DNA of 44,116 nt from a virus (lineage: Duplodnaviria > Caudoviricetes): positions 1 through 44,116 of the IMG/VR virus record IMGVR_UViG_3300042814_000069; one strand, given 5' to 3'. Positions 1 to 7,611 of the stretch are shown in pieces (position 1 is the stretch's first letter; every line of letters begins with the position of its first letter). Below the pieces are notes generated by a model, which saw only the letters and a list, made by a program, of their open reading frames with translations, searched no databases and was not told where the DNA came from. The position numbers and the translations under genes were made by a program.

Positions 1-166
1 TTCCGGACCTTCGTCATAGGGCCGATGTGTTGCGTCAACCGGATCTCGTCCGAGCCCCCCTCGCACCTGGACTGCGCCGAGTATGCGGTTCGCGCCTGCC
101 CATTTCTGATCCTGCCGAACAGCAAGAGCCGGGAGGCGGACCTGCCGCCCGAGGCCACCGAGCCAG
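1..166. repeat. Terminal direct repeat (circular assembly overlap), left copy
   Basis: 1-166 matches 43951-44116 except 127 (A) vs 44077 (C). Confidence 0.97.
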
Positions 167-459
167 CCGGGACCATGCTGCGCAGGAACCCGGGATGCAG
201 CGCGCTGTGGACCACCAAGCGCTACCAGATCGAGACGGCCAGGGAGGGCGGGGAGGGCTACCTCTTCCGCCTCGCGGCCCCGACCTCTCTCACGTTCTGG
301 GCCGAAGGCCGCCGCGCGACCCGCGCTGAGGTCGACGCGTCGATCGAGAGCGGGCTACCGGTCTTGCGCGAGACGTGCGTGAATGCCCGCGAGCTCGGCA
401 AGCTCACCGAGGCCGTCACGGCCGCGACCGAGCTCCTGGACAAGCAGGGAGGCTTCTGA
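1..459 (+). CDS. 3' part of a 228-aa Cys-rich phage hypothetical protein spanning the circle junction (starts at 43723)
   Basis: Frame is continuous across the terminal overlap; CWICDG...GPMCC...PPSHLDCAEYAVRACPFL. Confidence 0.85.
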   Translation, partial: FRTFVIGPMCCVNRISSEPPSHLDCAEYAVRACPFLILPNSKSREADLPPEATEPAGTMLRRNPGCSALWTTKRYQIETAREGGEGYLFRLAAPTSLTFWAEGRRATRAEVDASIESGLPVLRETCVNARELGKLTEAVTAATELLDKQGGF

Positions 460-587
460 TGACACACCAGCCGCTCCCCGTTCCTCGCATGGCGGAACTA
501 GTAGGCGCGCGCGCCTGCAGGGCATTCTCCTTCTTAGTCCCTCTCTGCAGGGCTCTACACGCGCGCCGGGGAGCGGCATTCTCATGA
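459..587 (+). CDS. Small hypothetical protein (42 aa), doubtful
   Basis: TGATG overlap upstream and ATGA overlap downstream, but weak GC3 bias. Confidence 0.35.
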   Translation: MTHQPLPVPRMAELVGARACRAFSFLVPLCRALHARRGAAFS

Positions 588-829
588 CTCCAGAGGAACA
601 AGAGCGCGCGGCCTGCGCCGCCATCGCCCGCTCGTGGGCCGGCACGCTTCGGCTTCGCGGCGGCGGCGGCTATGAAGTCGCGAACGCGATCGCGCGCGCC
701 ATCATCGCCCGCGGCGGCCCGCACCCGGTCGACGCGCTCGAGCAGGAGGTCCACGAGCTCGGCCTCGAGCTCAACAAGGGGACCCTCGCCGAGCTCCGCG
801 CGTTCGCCGACGAAGAGGTCGACGGGTGA
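584..829 (+). CDS. Hypothetical protein with ERAACAAIA motif
   Basis: ATG 584, GC3 bias, coupled to next gene. Confidence 0.7.
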   Translation: MTPEEQERAACAAIARSWAGTLRLRGGGGYEVANAIARAIIARGGPHPVDALEQEVHELGLELNKGTLAELRAFADEEVDG

Positions 830-1041
830 AGCCACGCGAGCACGTCGTGCCCTCGCGGCGCACCTTCGGGACCTCGGCCAGCGACGAGCCCGGCCGGTCG
901 CGACTCCGCTGCGTCTGCCGGTTCTGCGATGCGGTCTGCGGGCACGTGAAGGCGCACGAGCTCGAGCGGTGCGACAAGACCTTCGAGACCTGTAGGTCTC
1001 TCTTGAACGAAACCCGATGGGCTGGAGGCCTCATGCCGTGA
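826..1041 (+). CDS. Small Cys/His-rich hypothetical protein (possible Zn finger)
   Basis: GTGA overlaps; CVCRFC...HELERC. Confidence 0.65.
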   Translation: MKPREHVVPSRRTFGTSASDEPGRSRLRCVCRFCDAVCGHVKAHELERCDKTFETCRSLLNETRWAGGLMP

Positions 1042-1391
1042 CAACCGATATCCCAAAGACGCCACCGACGGCGAGCAAGCTCGACCTCGCCAAGGCGCAG
1101 CTCACCATGGAACTGCACTCGCGCCGCATGGTGCAGCTCTTCCCCGACCGCAAGACCGTCGACCCGACCGTCGTCTTGACCGAGTGGCGCAACCATATCG
1201 CCCGCGCGATCGCAGCCGAGCGCGGGGCCTGCCTGGCGGCCGTCGAGACCGCGGTGCGTAACGTGAAGGAAGGCGGGATCCAGCCGATTCGCGCGCTGCA
1301 GCTCCTGCTCGAGGCCCTGAGCGAGGCCCAGGACGTCGCCAGCGACGACGCCAAGATGGCGGCGGCGATCGTGCGGGGGGCCTTCCAATGA
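1038..1391 (+). CDS. Hypothetical protein
   Basis: GTGA-coupled start at 1038, GC3 bias. Confidence 0.75.
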   Translation: MTTDIPKTPPTASKLDLAKAQLTMELHSRRMVQLFPDRKTVDPTVVLTEWRNHIARAIAAERGACLAAVETAVRNVKEGGIQPIRALQLLLEALSEAQDVASDDAKMAAAIVRGAFQ

Positions 1392-1567
1392 GTGGCCACG
1401 AGGTCCTGGGTGTCATCCTGCTCTCCTACCTCGGCGGCTTCGTGACCGCGGCGCTCGCCGTCGCGAGGATCTACCGTGCCCGGGTCCGCCGCCTCGAGGA
1501 CCGCGTGTTCGAACTCACGCCGGTGTGCGGCTGGAAGTCGCGCTCGCCCGCGAGGCTCTTCCTGTGA
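1388..1567 (+). CDS. Small membrane protein (59 aa; below the ORF-track cutoff)
   Basis: ATGA overlap; MSGHEVLGVILLSYLGGFVTAALAVARIY hydrophobic helix; GTGA overlap with next gene. Confidence 0.7.
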   Translation: MSGHEVLGVILLSYLGGFVTAALAVARIYRARVRRLEDRVFELTPVCGWKSRSPARLFL

Positions 1568-1923
1568 GCCTCGACGCGACCCCCACGACGGCCGAGCTCG
1601 TCGCCGCCGCGGCCCTCGTGACCCAGCTAGGGGTCGGCCTGCACCTTGGCGGCCTCACGCCCGAGCTCGTGCTGACTCTGACCGGACAACCGAAGCAGGC
1701 CGAGGTCAAAGCCAACGATCTGCGCGCGTGGCTCGCCAAGGTCTTGGCCCAGGCTCGCGTCGATCACGCGGCCACGTGCGCCGCCCTCGCTAACACCATT
1801 GCCTGCGCGCATCCCGCCGGACAGAGCGAGGGCAGCGTGCCGCTCGACGCTAGGGCCGCGAAGCACGGCTGGTCTCTCGGCCTGAAGATCAAGGCCGCCA
1901 TCGAGAAGTGGGGGGCGCAGTGA
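1564..1923 (+). CDS. Hypothetical protein, paralog of 4296-4673
   Basis: LDATPTTAEL...DLRAWLAKVLAQAR...PLDARA aligns with 4296-4673. Confidence 0.8.
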   Translation: MSLDATPTTAELVAAAALVTQLGVGLHLGGLTPELVLTLTGQPKQAEVKANDLRAWLAKVLAQARVDHAATCAALANTIACAHPAGQSEGSVPLDARAAKHGWSLGLKIKAAIEKWGAQ

Positions 1924-2138
1924 GTCGTCGAGTTAGAGAGCAGGATCTGGAGCAGCGGTGCGAAAACTGCAAGTTCTGGCACCGGGACAGAGCGTGGCGG
2001 ACCGTTTACCCGGAATCCTGGGTGGGAGAGTGTCGCAAGAAAGCCCCGCTGCTTTCCGGTTGGCCAAAGACGAAGGAGACCGACGACTGTGGGGATTTCC
2101 GGATCGGCTTCTACACCGGCACTGAGGGCTTCCAATGA
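1920..2138 (+). CDS. Small Cys-rich protein (CxxCxxW...GECR...C pattern)
   Basis: RCENCKFW...GECRKKAP...DDCGDF; GTGA coupling. Confidence 0.75.
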   Translation: MSRRVREQDLEQRCENCKFWHRDRAWRTVYPESWVGECRKKAPLLSGWPKTKETDDCGDFRIGFYTGTEGFQ

Positions 2139-2160
2139 ACCCACACAAACGGGGGGCGCA

Positions 2161-2559
2161 ATGACGCCGGGTCATGCCATCGGCGCGCTCCTCGAGGAAT
2201 CCGAGCGCAACATCCTGTGCCGCGATGACCGGAGCGCGGGCATGGTCAGGCTCCTCGAGATCGTGATCGCCGCTCGCAAGGAGCTCGAGGACCTGCGCGC
2301 GCATTACGTCACGCGCCGCCCCCTCGCCGAGATCCTGACCGGCAAGCGGGCGAGCCTGGAGGAAATGGAGAGCGCCGCCCGCGGAATCGCGCGCACCGTC
2401 GAGGACCTGATGCCGGGCGGATGGGGCTTCGGCCTCCTGTTCTGCACGATCGGCGACGCCGGGCTGACCTCCTGGATCTCGAACATGCGCCAAGAGGACA
2501 TGGCCGAGTGCATGGCCGAGGTCCTCGACCGGTGGAGCAAGAAGATCCCCCATGACTAG
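2161..2559 (+). CDS. Hypothetical protein
   Basis: ATG 2161, GC3 bias; GWGFGLL...SWISN. Confidence 0.75.
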   Translation: MTPGHAIGALLEESERNILCRDDRSAGMVRLLEIVIAARKELEDLRAHYVTRRPLAEILTGKRASLEEMESAARGIARTVEDLMPGGWGFGLLFCTIGDAGLTSWISNMRQEDMAECMAEVLDRWSKKIPHD

Positions 2560-2929
2560 CAACCCCCTCACCAAGCCGCAGGTCATCACGCTGCCCGACG
2601 ACGGCACGCGGCGAATTCTCCTCTCGGTTCACGACTACGCCTCGAGCGAAGTGCTGCTGCAGCTCGACGGCCCGGTCGAGCTCGTGCGCGGCATGCTCGC
2701 GGACTGGATGACCCCAACCTCGCCCGCGGCCCGCAAGACGCTCGAGCAGGTCCTGGGCGACATCGTCGCGACGCTGCCCGCGCCCGCGCGCGATGCCTTC
2801 CTCGTGCCAGGATGCGTGAAGCGCGCCAACACCTACCGCTGCGATGTCTGCGGGCGCTGGTCCGTAAAGCTCGAGGGCTTCGCGCCGCACGGCCTCGGTT
2901 GCACGAAGGACGTGGGCCCCCATGGGTGA
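2552..2929 (+). CDS. Hypothetical protein with C-terminal CxxC
   Basis: Overlapping start; YRCDVCGR...HGLGC. Confidence 0.7.
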   Translation: MTSNPLTKPQVITLPDDGTRRILLSVHDYASSEVLLQLDGPVELVRGMLADWMTPTSPAARKTLEQVLGDIVATLPAPARDAFLVPGCVKRANTYRCDVCGRWSVKLEGFAPHGLGCTKDVGPHG

Positions 2930-3149
2930 CGTCGCGCGCGCGCTCTGCGAGCTCCTCCGCCAGCCGGGCTTGCGGATCCAGATCCAGGCCGCCGAGGCCG
3001 ATCACGACTCCTGCCACGTCGCGATCGAGACCTTCGCCGGCGACTTCGAGACCTTCGTGCCGCTCGAGCGCGGCACGGCCGTGTTCGAGGTCGCGCTCTG
3101 GCAGGCCTTCGAGAACGCGCTGGTCCTGGTCAAAGGGAAGGCGCCGTGA
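2922..3149 (+). CDS. Hypothetical protein
   Basis: Coupled ORF, GC3 bias. Confidence 0.7.
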   Translation: MGDVARALCELLRQPGLRIQIQAAEADHDSCHVAIETFAGDFETFVPLERGTAVFEVALWQAFENALVLVKGKAP

Positions 3150-3718
3150 CGTCTCGCGAGAATCAGATCCGAGGAGCGATTGCGGCGCATGGCGGGCGCG
3201 TGCGCGCCGCGTTCGAGTTCGCAGCGGAGCTCGTGCGGCAAGCTCGCGGGCACTTCGCGGCCGAAGTGCAGGCCCTGATGGGCTCCGGTTGCTGGACGAC
3301 CCTGACGACGCAAGCCGGCAAGGCACTCATCACCCGACACCCCGCAGTCTCGCGCGAGGAAGGCGCCCGCGAGGACTATCTGCTCTGGCACGACGGCCCC
3401 GTCGCAATCCGGTTCCGGGTGCAGAACGCCGCCTGCCCGGCGGGCGCAACGCAGACCGGACAAGGGACGCTCCCGGGCCTGCCCTCGGCCGCGCTCGGCT
3501 ATGACGTGCAGCGCCTCAATCCGACGCCGAACGCGATCAGTTCCGACGTCGATGGGCTCTGCCCCACCGTGCTCTTTCTGTGGGTCGATCGCGGCGCCGA
3601 CAAGCTCGACGTCTGGGCCGTCTCGCCGGTCGCGCGCGCGATCGCGATCAAGGACACGCAGATGGGCAGCTACCCAACAATCGATGGCGTGCGCTGGAGC
3701 CTCGCGGTCCTCCTATGA
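3146..3718 (+). CDS. Hypothetical protein
   Basis: GTGA/ATGA coupling on both sides. Confidence 0.75.
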   Translation: MTSRENQIRGAIAAHGGRVRAAFEFAAELVRQARGHFAAEVQALMGSGCWTTLTTQAGKALITRHPAVSREEGAREDYLLWHDGPVAIRFRVQNAACPAGATQTGQGTLPGLPSAALGYDVQRLNPTPNAISSDVDGLCPTVLFLWVDRGADKLDVWAVSPVARAIAIKDTQMGSYPTIDGVRWSLAVLL

Positions 3719-4077
3719 AGCTCAAGTGCCCGACTTGCGGCGGCCCGCCCCTCGACTGGCGCGGCGAGCACCGCGCCTACTGCGCGGCCTGCAAGACTCA
3801 CTTCGATCCCCGGCCGCAGCTGCACGCGCATCAGAGCATCGATGTGCGCACGCTCTGGAACAAAGTGCTCGAGTCGATGCGGAAGAACGAGCAGAGCCCG
3901 AGCCACGCCGCGTTCGCGACCAAGCCCGAGAACGGTGAGCCGATCGCCGTCGTGCTCGTGACCCAATACCCCGAGCTCGTCGAGCTCATCCACGCCTTCT
4001 TCGAGAAGGCCTACCAAGAGGGCACGGCCGCGCGGGGAACCGGCCCGGTGCCGCGCCTCGACAAGGAGTGCCAATGA
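3715..4077 (+). CDS. Hypothetical protein with N-terminal Zn ribbon
   Basis: MKLKCPTCGG...YCAACK; ATGA overlap at 3715. Confidence 0.8.
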   Translation: MKLKCPTCGGPPLDWRGEHRAYCAACKTHFDPRPQLHAHQSIDVRTLWNKVLESMRKNEQSPSHAAFATKPENGEPIAVVLVTQYPELVELIHAFFEKAYQEGTAARGTGPVPRLDKECQ

Positions 4078-4274
4078 CGACCGAAGAGCCGAACCTGATC
4101 CCCCCGACCGAGCTCCTGGTGATCGCGCGCCGCGAGGTCGCGATGCGCGAGCGCGTCTACCCCCGCCAGATCGAGGCCGGCAAGATGAAGCCGGCCAAGG
4201 CCGAGCACGAGATCGAGGGCATGCGCCAGATCTGTGCGATCCTCGAGCGCTTGATCAAGCAGGCCGATCTCTGA
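4074..4274 (+). CDS. Small phage hypothetical protein (REVAMRERVYPR type)
   Basis: Motif REVAMRERVYPRQIEAGKM that I recall from phage hypotheticals; ATGA coupling. Confidence 0.8.
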   Translation: MTTEEPNLIPPTELLVIARREVAMRERVYPRQIEAGKMKPAKAEHEIEGMRQICAILERLIKQADL

Positions 4275-4295
4275 ACCGGTAACGTTCCGGCACCC

Positions 4296-4673
4296 ATGAT
4301 CCTCGACACGACCCCGACTGCCGCCGAGCTCACAACTGCAGCGGCCTTTCTCGTCCGCACCGATGCCACAATCGCGCTCCTCGATCGGAGTGACGACGAC
4401 GGCGAGGTTACGGTTGCGACGCTGACCTTCGTCGATGCGCCGGGCGCGATCTCGGCCCTTGCCGACCTCACGGCCTGGCTCGCGACGGTCCTCGCGCAGG
4501 GCCGCACCGATGCCTCGGTGACCTGCTCGGCGCTCGCCGCGGCGCTCGTGAGCAAGTTCCCCGCAGCGGCGGCCGGAAGTGATCCGGTCGACGCGCGCGC
4601 TGTGGCGCACGGCCAGGACGTGGCCAACCGCATCGTGACCGCGATCGAGGCCTTCGGCGTGAACGGCGCGTGA
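4296..4673 (+). CDS. Hypothetical protein, paralog of 1564-1923
   Basis: LDTTPTAAEL...DLTAWLATVLAQGR...PVDARA. Confidence 0.8.
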   Translation: MILDTTPTAAELTTAAAFLVRTDATIALLDRSDDDGEVTVATLTFVDAPGAISALADLTAWLATVLAQGRTDASVTCSALAAALVSKFPAAAAGSDPVDARAVAHGQDVANRIVTAIEAFGVNGA

Positions 4674-4945
4674 ACGACCAGCTCATCATCGCCGACTCCC
4701 GCGAGCTCGCCAAGTTTCCCGAGCTCCGCGCCGCCGTGACGCTGATCGTGACGCGGGCCAAAGCCCGGCACGCAAAGCAGCGCGGCGAGCTCCGAAAACA
4801 CGTCACCGACTTCGGCGCCGCATTCGTCTTTGCCATCGTCGAGAAGCTCGAGATCGACCAGGCGATTCGCGACGCGATCACGGCGATCCTGCCCGAGCTC
4901 GTCCTTGCCAAGGCGCCCAGGACCAAAGGCAAGCGCAGGAAGTAG
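4670..4945 (+). CDS. Hypothetical protein
   Basis: GTGA coupling, GC3 bias. Confidence 0.75.
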   Translation: MNDQLIIADSRELAKFPELRAAVTLIVTRAKARHAKQRGELRKHVTDFGAAFVFAIVEKLEIDQAIRDAITAILPELVLAKAPRTKGKRRK

Positions 4946-4953
4946 CGTTGAGC

Positions 4954-5412
4954 ATGGCTCCACGCCGCTTCGCGTTCCTTCTCCTGCTCTGCTCCTGTCA
5001 TACCCCGCCCGAGCCGCGGACGGGCCCCATGGTCGTCCCGGTCCTGAGCTCGCCACCGGGGGCTCGGGTCTACTGGGGTCTCGAAGGCGCGGGCGAGCCG
5101 AGCGGCTTCGCCGGCACGACGCCGTGCGAGCTCGTGCTCCCGCGCCTCGAGGTCGCGGTCGTCATGCTGGTTTTGCCAGGCCATCGAACCTGGATGAGCC
5201 CGGTCTTGCCCGAGGGGTTCGAGCGGACCGCCTGGAACCCGGCCGGCTCCCCGCTCTGGGCCATCCTCACCCCCGGCGAGGGCACCGATTCCGGCCCCAC
5301 GCATGACACGATCGACGTCGCACCGCTCGTCATGGATCGTGAGGGGACGCCGGTCATGTTCACCGGCCGCTACCCCGCGGGCAGCTCGTTCTACACGCGC
5401 CGCCGCCGCTGA
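4954..5412 (+). CDS. PEGA-domain-like lipoprotein
   Basis: Signal and lipobox-like RRFAFLLLLCSC; VLSSPPGARVY...GTTPCELVL PEGA pattern (alternative TTG start at 4948). Confidence 0.65.
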   Translation: MAPRRFAFLLLLCSCHTPPEPRTGPMVVPVLSSPPGARVYWGLEGAGEPSGFAGTTPCELVLPRLEVAVVMLVLPGHRTWMSPVLPEGFERTAWNPAGSPLWAILTPGEGTDSGPTHDTIDVAPLVMDREGTPVMFTGRYPAGSSFYTRRRR

Positions 5413-5468
5413 GAGACTGGTAACGCCGTCGAGGGCTCCCTAGCCTTCCGGCATGCGGACGCACAAAC

Positions 5469-5489
5469 CGGCACCGAGAAGCGGTGCCG
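5469..5489 (+). promoter_or_regulatory. Intergenic stem-loop
   Basis: CGGCACCG-AGAAG-CGGTGCCG perfect 8-bp stem; no U tract. Confidence 0.5.
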
Positions 5490-5514
5490 CCCCCCCCGAC
5501 CGCGAGCGCGCGCC

Positions 5515-5877
5515 ATGGTGACGCTCAAGGTGAACCTGATGGTTCGCTCGCCCATCGAGCCGAAGCCAGGCTTCGCTCTGTTCCACGAATGGACGAAGGA
5601 CGTCGACACCGACTTCGTCCCGCGCGGCGGCGACCTGATCCATCTCAAGCTCTCCAACGGCCTGCAGGCCCGCCTCGAGGTCACGTCGGCAGTGCTCGGC
5701 CTCGTGTGCGAGAAGCTCGGCGACCGCGTGACAGCGCATGCCCTCGCGCTGGTCGACGCCGATCCGCGCCAATGTGGACCACTTGCCGAGGGCCTCGAGG
5801 AGAGCGGATGGACCAAGACCGGGATTCAGAACGTGATGCCGCTCGTGAACCAGCAAGCCGGCCGGCGGCTCTCATGA
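5515..5877 (+). CDS. Hypothetical protein
   Basis: GC3 bias; ATGA overlap with next gene. Confidence 0.75.
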   Translation: MVTLKVNLMVRSPIEPKPGFALFHEWTKDVDTDFVPRGGDLIHLKLSNGLQARLEVTSAVLGLVCEKLGDRVTAHALALVDADPRQCGPLAEGLEESGWTKTGIQNVMPLVNQQAGRRLS

Positions 5878-6926
5878 CGGAGCACGAGCCTGGCGTCGTG
5901 AAGGCAGGGAGCCCGGAGCTACGTTCGCACGGCGAGCCTTTCGGCCGCTGGTTCAACGACGTCCTGCTGAACCGGATCATGGAGACGCTGATGCCCGCGA
6001 CGCCGCAGGAGATCCGCGAGCTCGCCGAGCGGCACTCGCGCGACGACTCGGTGCCCAAGCAATGGCGCGGCCGGCCGGGCCCGCTTGAAGTCGCGATCCA
6101 CGTGATTCTCTGCAAAGGCCTGCTCGATTGGCGGGCGGCGCTGCGCTCGTGCTCGATCACGGAGAGCGGCTTCCTCATGGAGGCCGACCTCGCCCTCGCC
6201 GTCATCGAGGCCAGGCCCGACGTGCTCGAGCATCTCGAGGGCGTGGAGCTCGAGCGCGCGTGGGTTTCCGTCACCCGGCAGTTCCCGCAGGGCGCCCGCT
6301 CGGCGCGCGGCGTCGTCGCGCTGGCAAAGGCTCGAGGCGGGCGCTGGGAGCCGGCTGTGAAGCTGGCAAGGATCCAGGCCTTCGAGGCGCTCTTCGCCGA
6401 CGTGTTCGCTGGCGTGAAGCTCGTGGTCGAGCTCCCCGCGTTCCGCGGCACGGTCCCCGCCTCGAGCATCGGACCCGCGCTCGAGGTCGATCGCGCGGAG
6501 TTCCTGCGGCCCGAGAAGGGCGTGCTGCCGGCCGCCGAGGCTCCCGAGCCGGTGCCGCCGCAACCGCCGCCGGCGAGCTCGGCCCCGAGCGGCAACGTCC
6601 TGATCTTGAGCCTCGAGGCGCCGCCGCGCCCCGCCGAGCTCACGGTCTGGATCAATGGCGGTTCGGGCAACGTGCGCGAGTGGAGCGCCGGCAGCTGGAG
6701 GCCCGTCGAGCTCGAGGGACGCCCCGAGCTCCGGGCCGATGTCCGCGGCTTCGTCGTGCAGGAGGCCGAGGCCGCCGCCGGCAAGCTCGGCTGGGACCCA
6801 CTGCGCAAGGCCAAGGCGCTCGAGGCCAAGTTCGGCCCGGGCGTCACCGTGTTCGGCGACGTGCCGCTGCAGGAGCTCGCGAAGCTGGTCCACAAGATGC
6901 GCGAGCAGGGGCTGGCGAAGAAGTGA
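5874..6926 (+). CDS. Divergent RecT-like single-strand annealing protein (putative)
   Basis: LAE...VPKQWRGRPG...AI...GL...AALRSCSI...LMEADLALAVIEA resembles the RecT-like LAxSxxVPKxYRGKP...ALxxIxVIxG...D.MLALV pattern; adjacent to RusA. Confidence 0.45.
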   Translation: MTEHEPGVVKAGSPELRSHGEPFGRWFNDVLLNRIMETLMPATPQEIRELAERHSRDDSVPKQWRGRPGPLEVAIHVILCKGLLDWRAALRSCSITESGFLMEADLALAVIEARPDVLEHLEGVELERAWVSVTRQFPQGARSARGVVALAKARGGRWEPAVKLARIQAFEALFADVFAGVKLVVELPAFRGTVPASSIGPALEVDRAEFLRPEKGVLPAAEAPEPVPPQPPPASSAPSGNVLILSLEAPPRPAELTVWINGGSGNVREWSAGSWRPVELEGRPELRADVRGFVVQEAEAAAGKLGWDPLRKAKALEAKFGPGVTVFGDVPLQELAKLVHKMREQGLAKK

Positions 6927-7435
6927 AGGCGAAGAACACCATGCGCGCCGCGGACCTGCCGCGCGACTTGCCGTGGACCTGCCAGATCCTCGCGGACAAG
7001 GACGGAGCGAAGTTCGTGCGGGTCGGCATCCGCTGCCCGGCCGCCAAGAAGAACCGCCCCGAGATCCATTGGGTTCCGCAGACCCGCGGCAAGAAGGGCA
7101 AGCGCCCGATCGTGGCGCCGAGCACGGAAGCGCGCATCGACGAGCGCCGCCTCGCGGCCATGTTCGACCTCGCGCTCGTCGGCCACACCAACGACGCCCT
7201 CTTCGGTGAGGACGACGTCGAGGTGACCGGCTCCTACAACGCCGCCCGCGACTTCCTGTGGATCGACTTCCGCCGCCGCGCGCCGCCACCGGCGCGCTTG
7301 TGCTGGCGCAATCGCGACCTGACCAACTTCCTCGAGACGATCCTCGATGCCGCGCAAGCGAAGAAGCACCGCGGCGTGTTCAAGAATGACAAACAGGTCG
7401 CGGCGATCGACTTCCGCCGCCTCTACCTCGAATGA
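6923..7435 (+). CDS. rusA: RusA-like Holliday junction resolvase
   Basis: RDLTNFLETILDA...VFKNDKQV resembles RusA RDLDNxxKxxxDAL...DDxQV; N-terminal PAAKKN; GTGA start at 6923. Confidence 0.65.
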   Translation: MKAKNTMRAADLPRDLPWTCQILADKDGAKFVRVGIRCPAAKKNRPEIHWVPQTRGKKGKRPIVAPSTEARIDERRLAAMFDLALVGHTNDALFGEDDVEVTGSYNAARDFLWIDFRRRAPPPARLCWRNRDLTNFLETILDAAQAKKHRGVFKNDKQVAAIDFRRLYLE

Positions 7436-7611
7436 TCCGCACCCAACCTGAGCAATACGCGATCGGCATCGTGATCGGGCTCGCGCTCGTTACTGCCGGT
7501 GTGTTCGTGTCCTTCTCTCTCGGCACCGCGCTGATCGTCACGGGCGCGATTGCTGTCTGTCTCTTCGGCCTCGCGCGCGCCGGAACGCAGCGCGGGTCCA
7601 AACGTCTGTGA
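7432..7611 (+). CDS. Small two-TM membrane protein (59 aa; below the ORF-track cutoff)
   Basis: ATGA overlap; AIGIVIGLALVTAGVFVSFSLGTALIVTGAIAVCLFGL. Confidence 0.75.
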   Translation: MIRTQPEQYAIGIVIGLALVTAGVFVSFSLGTALIVTGAIAVCLFGLARAGTQRGSKRL

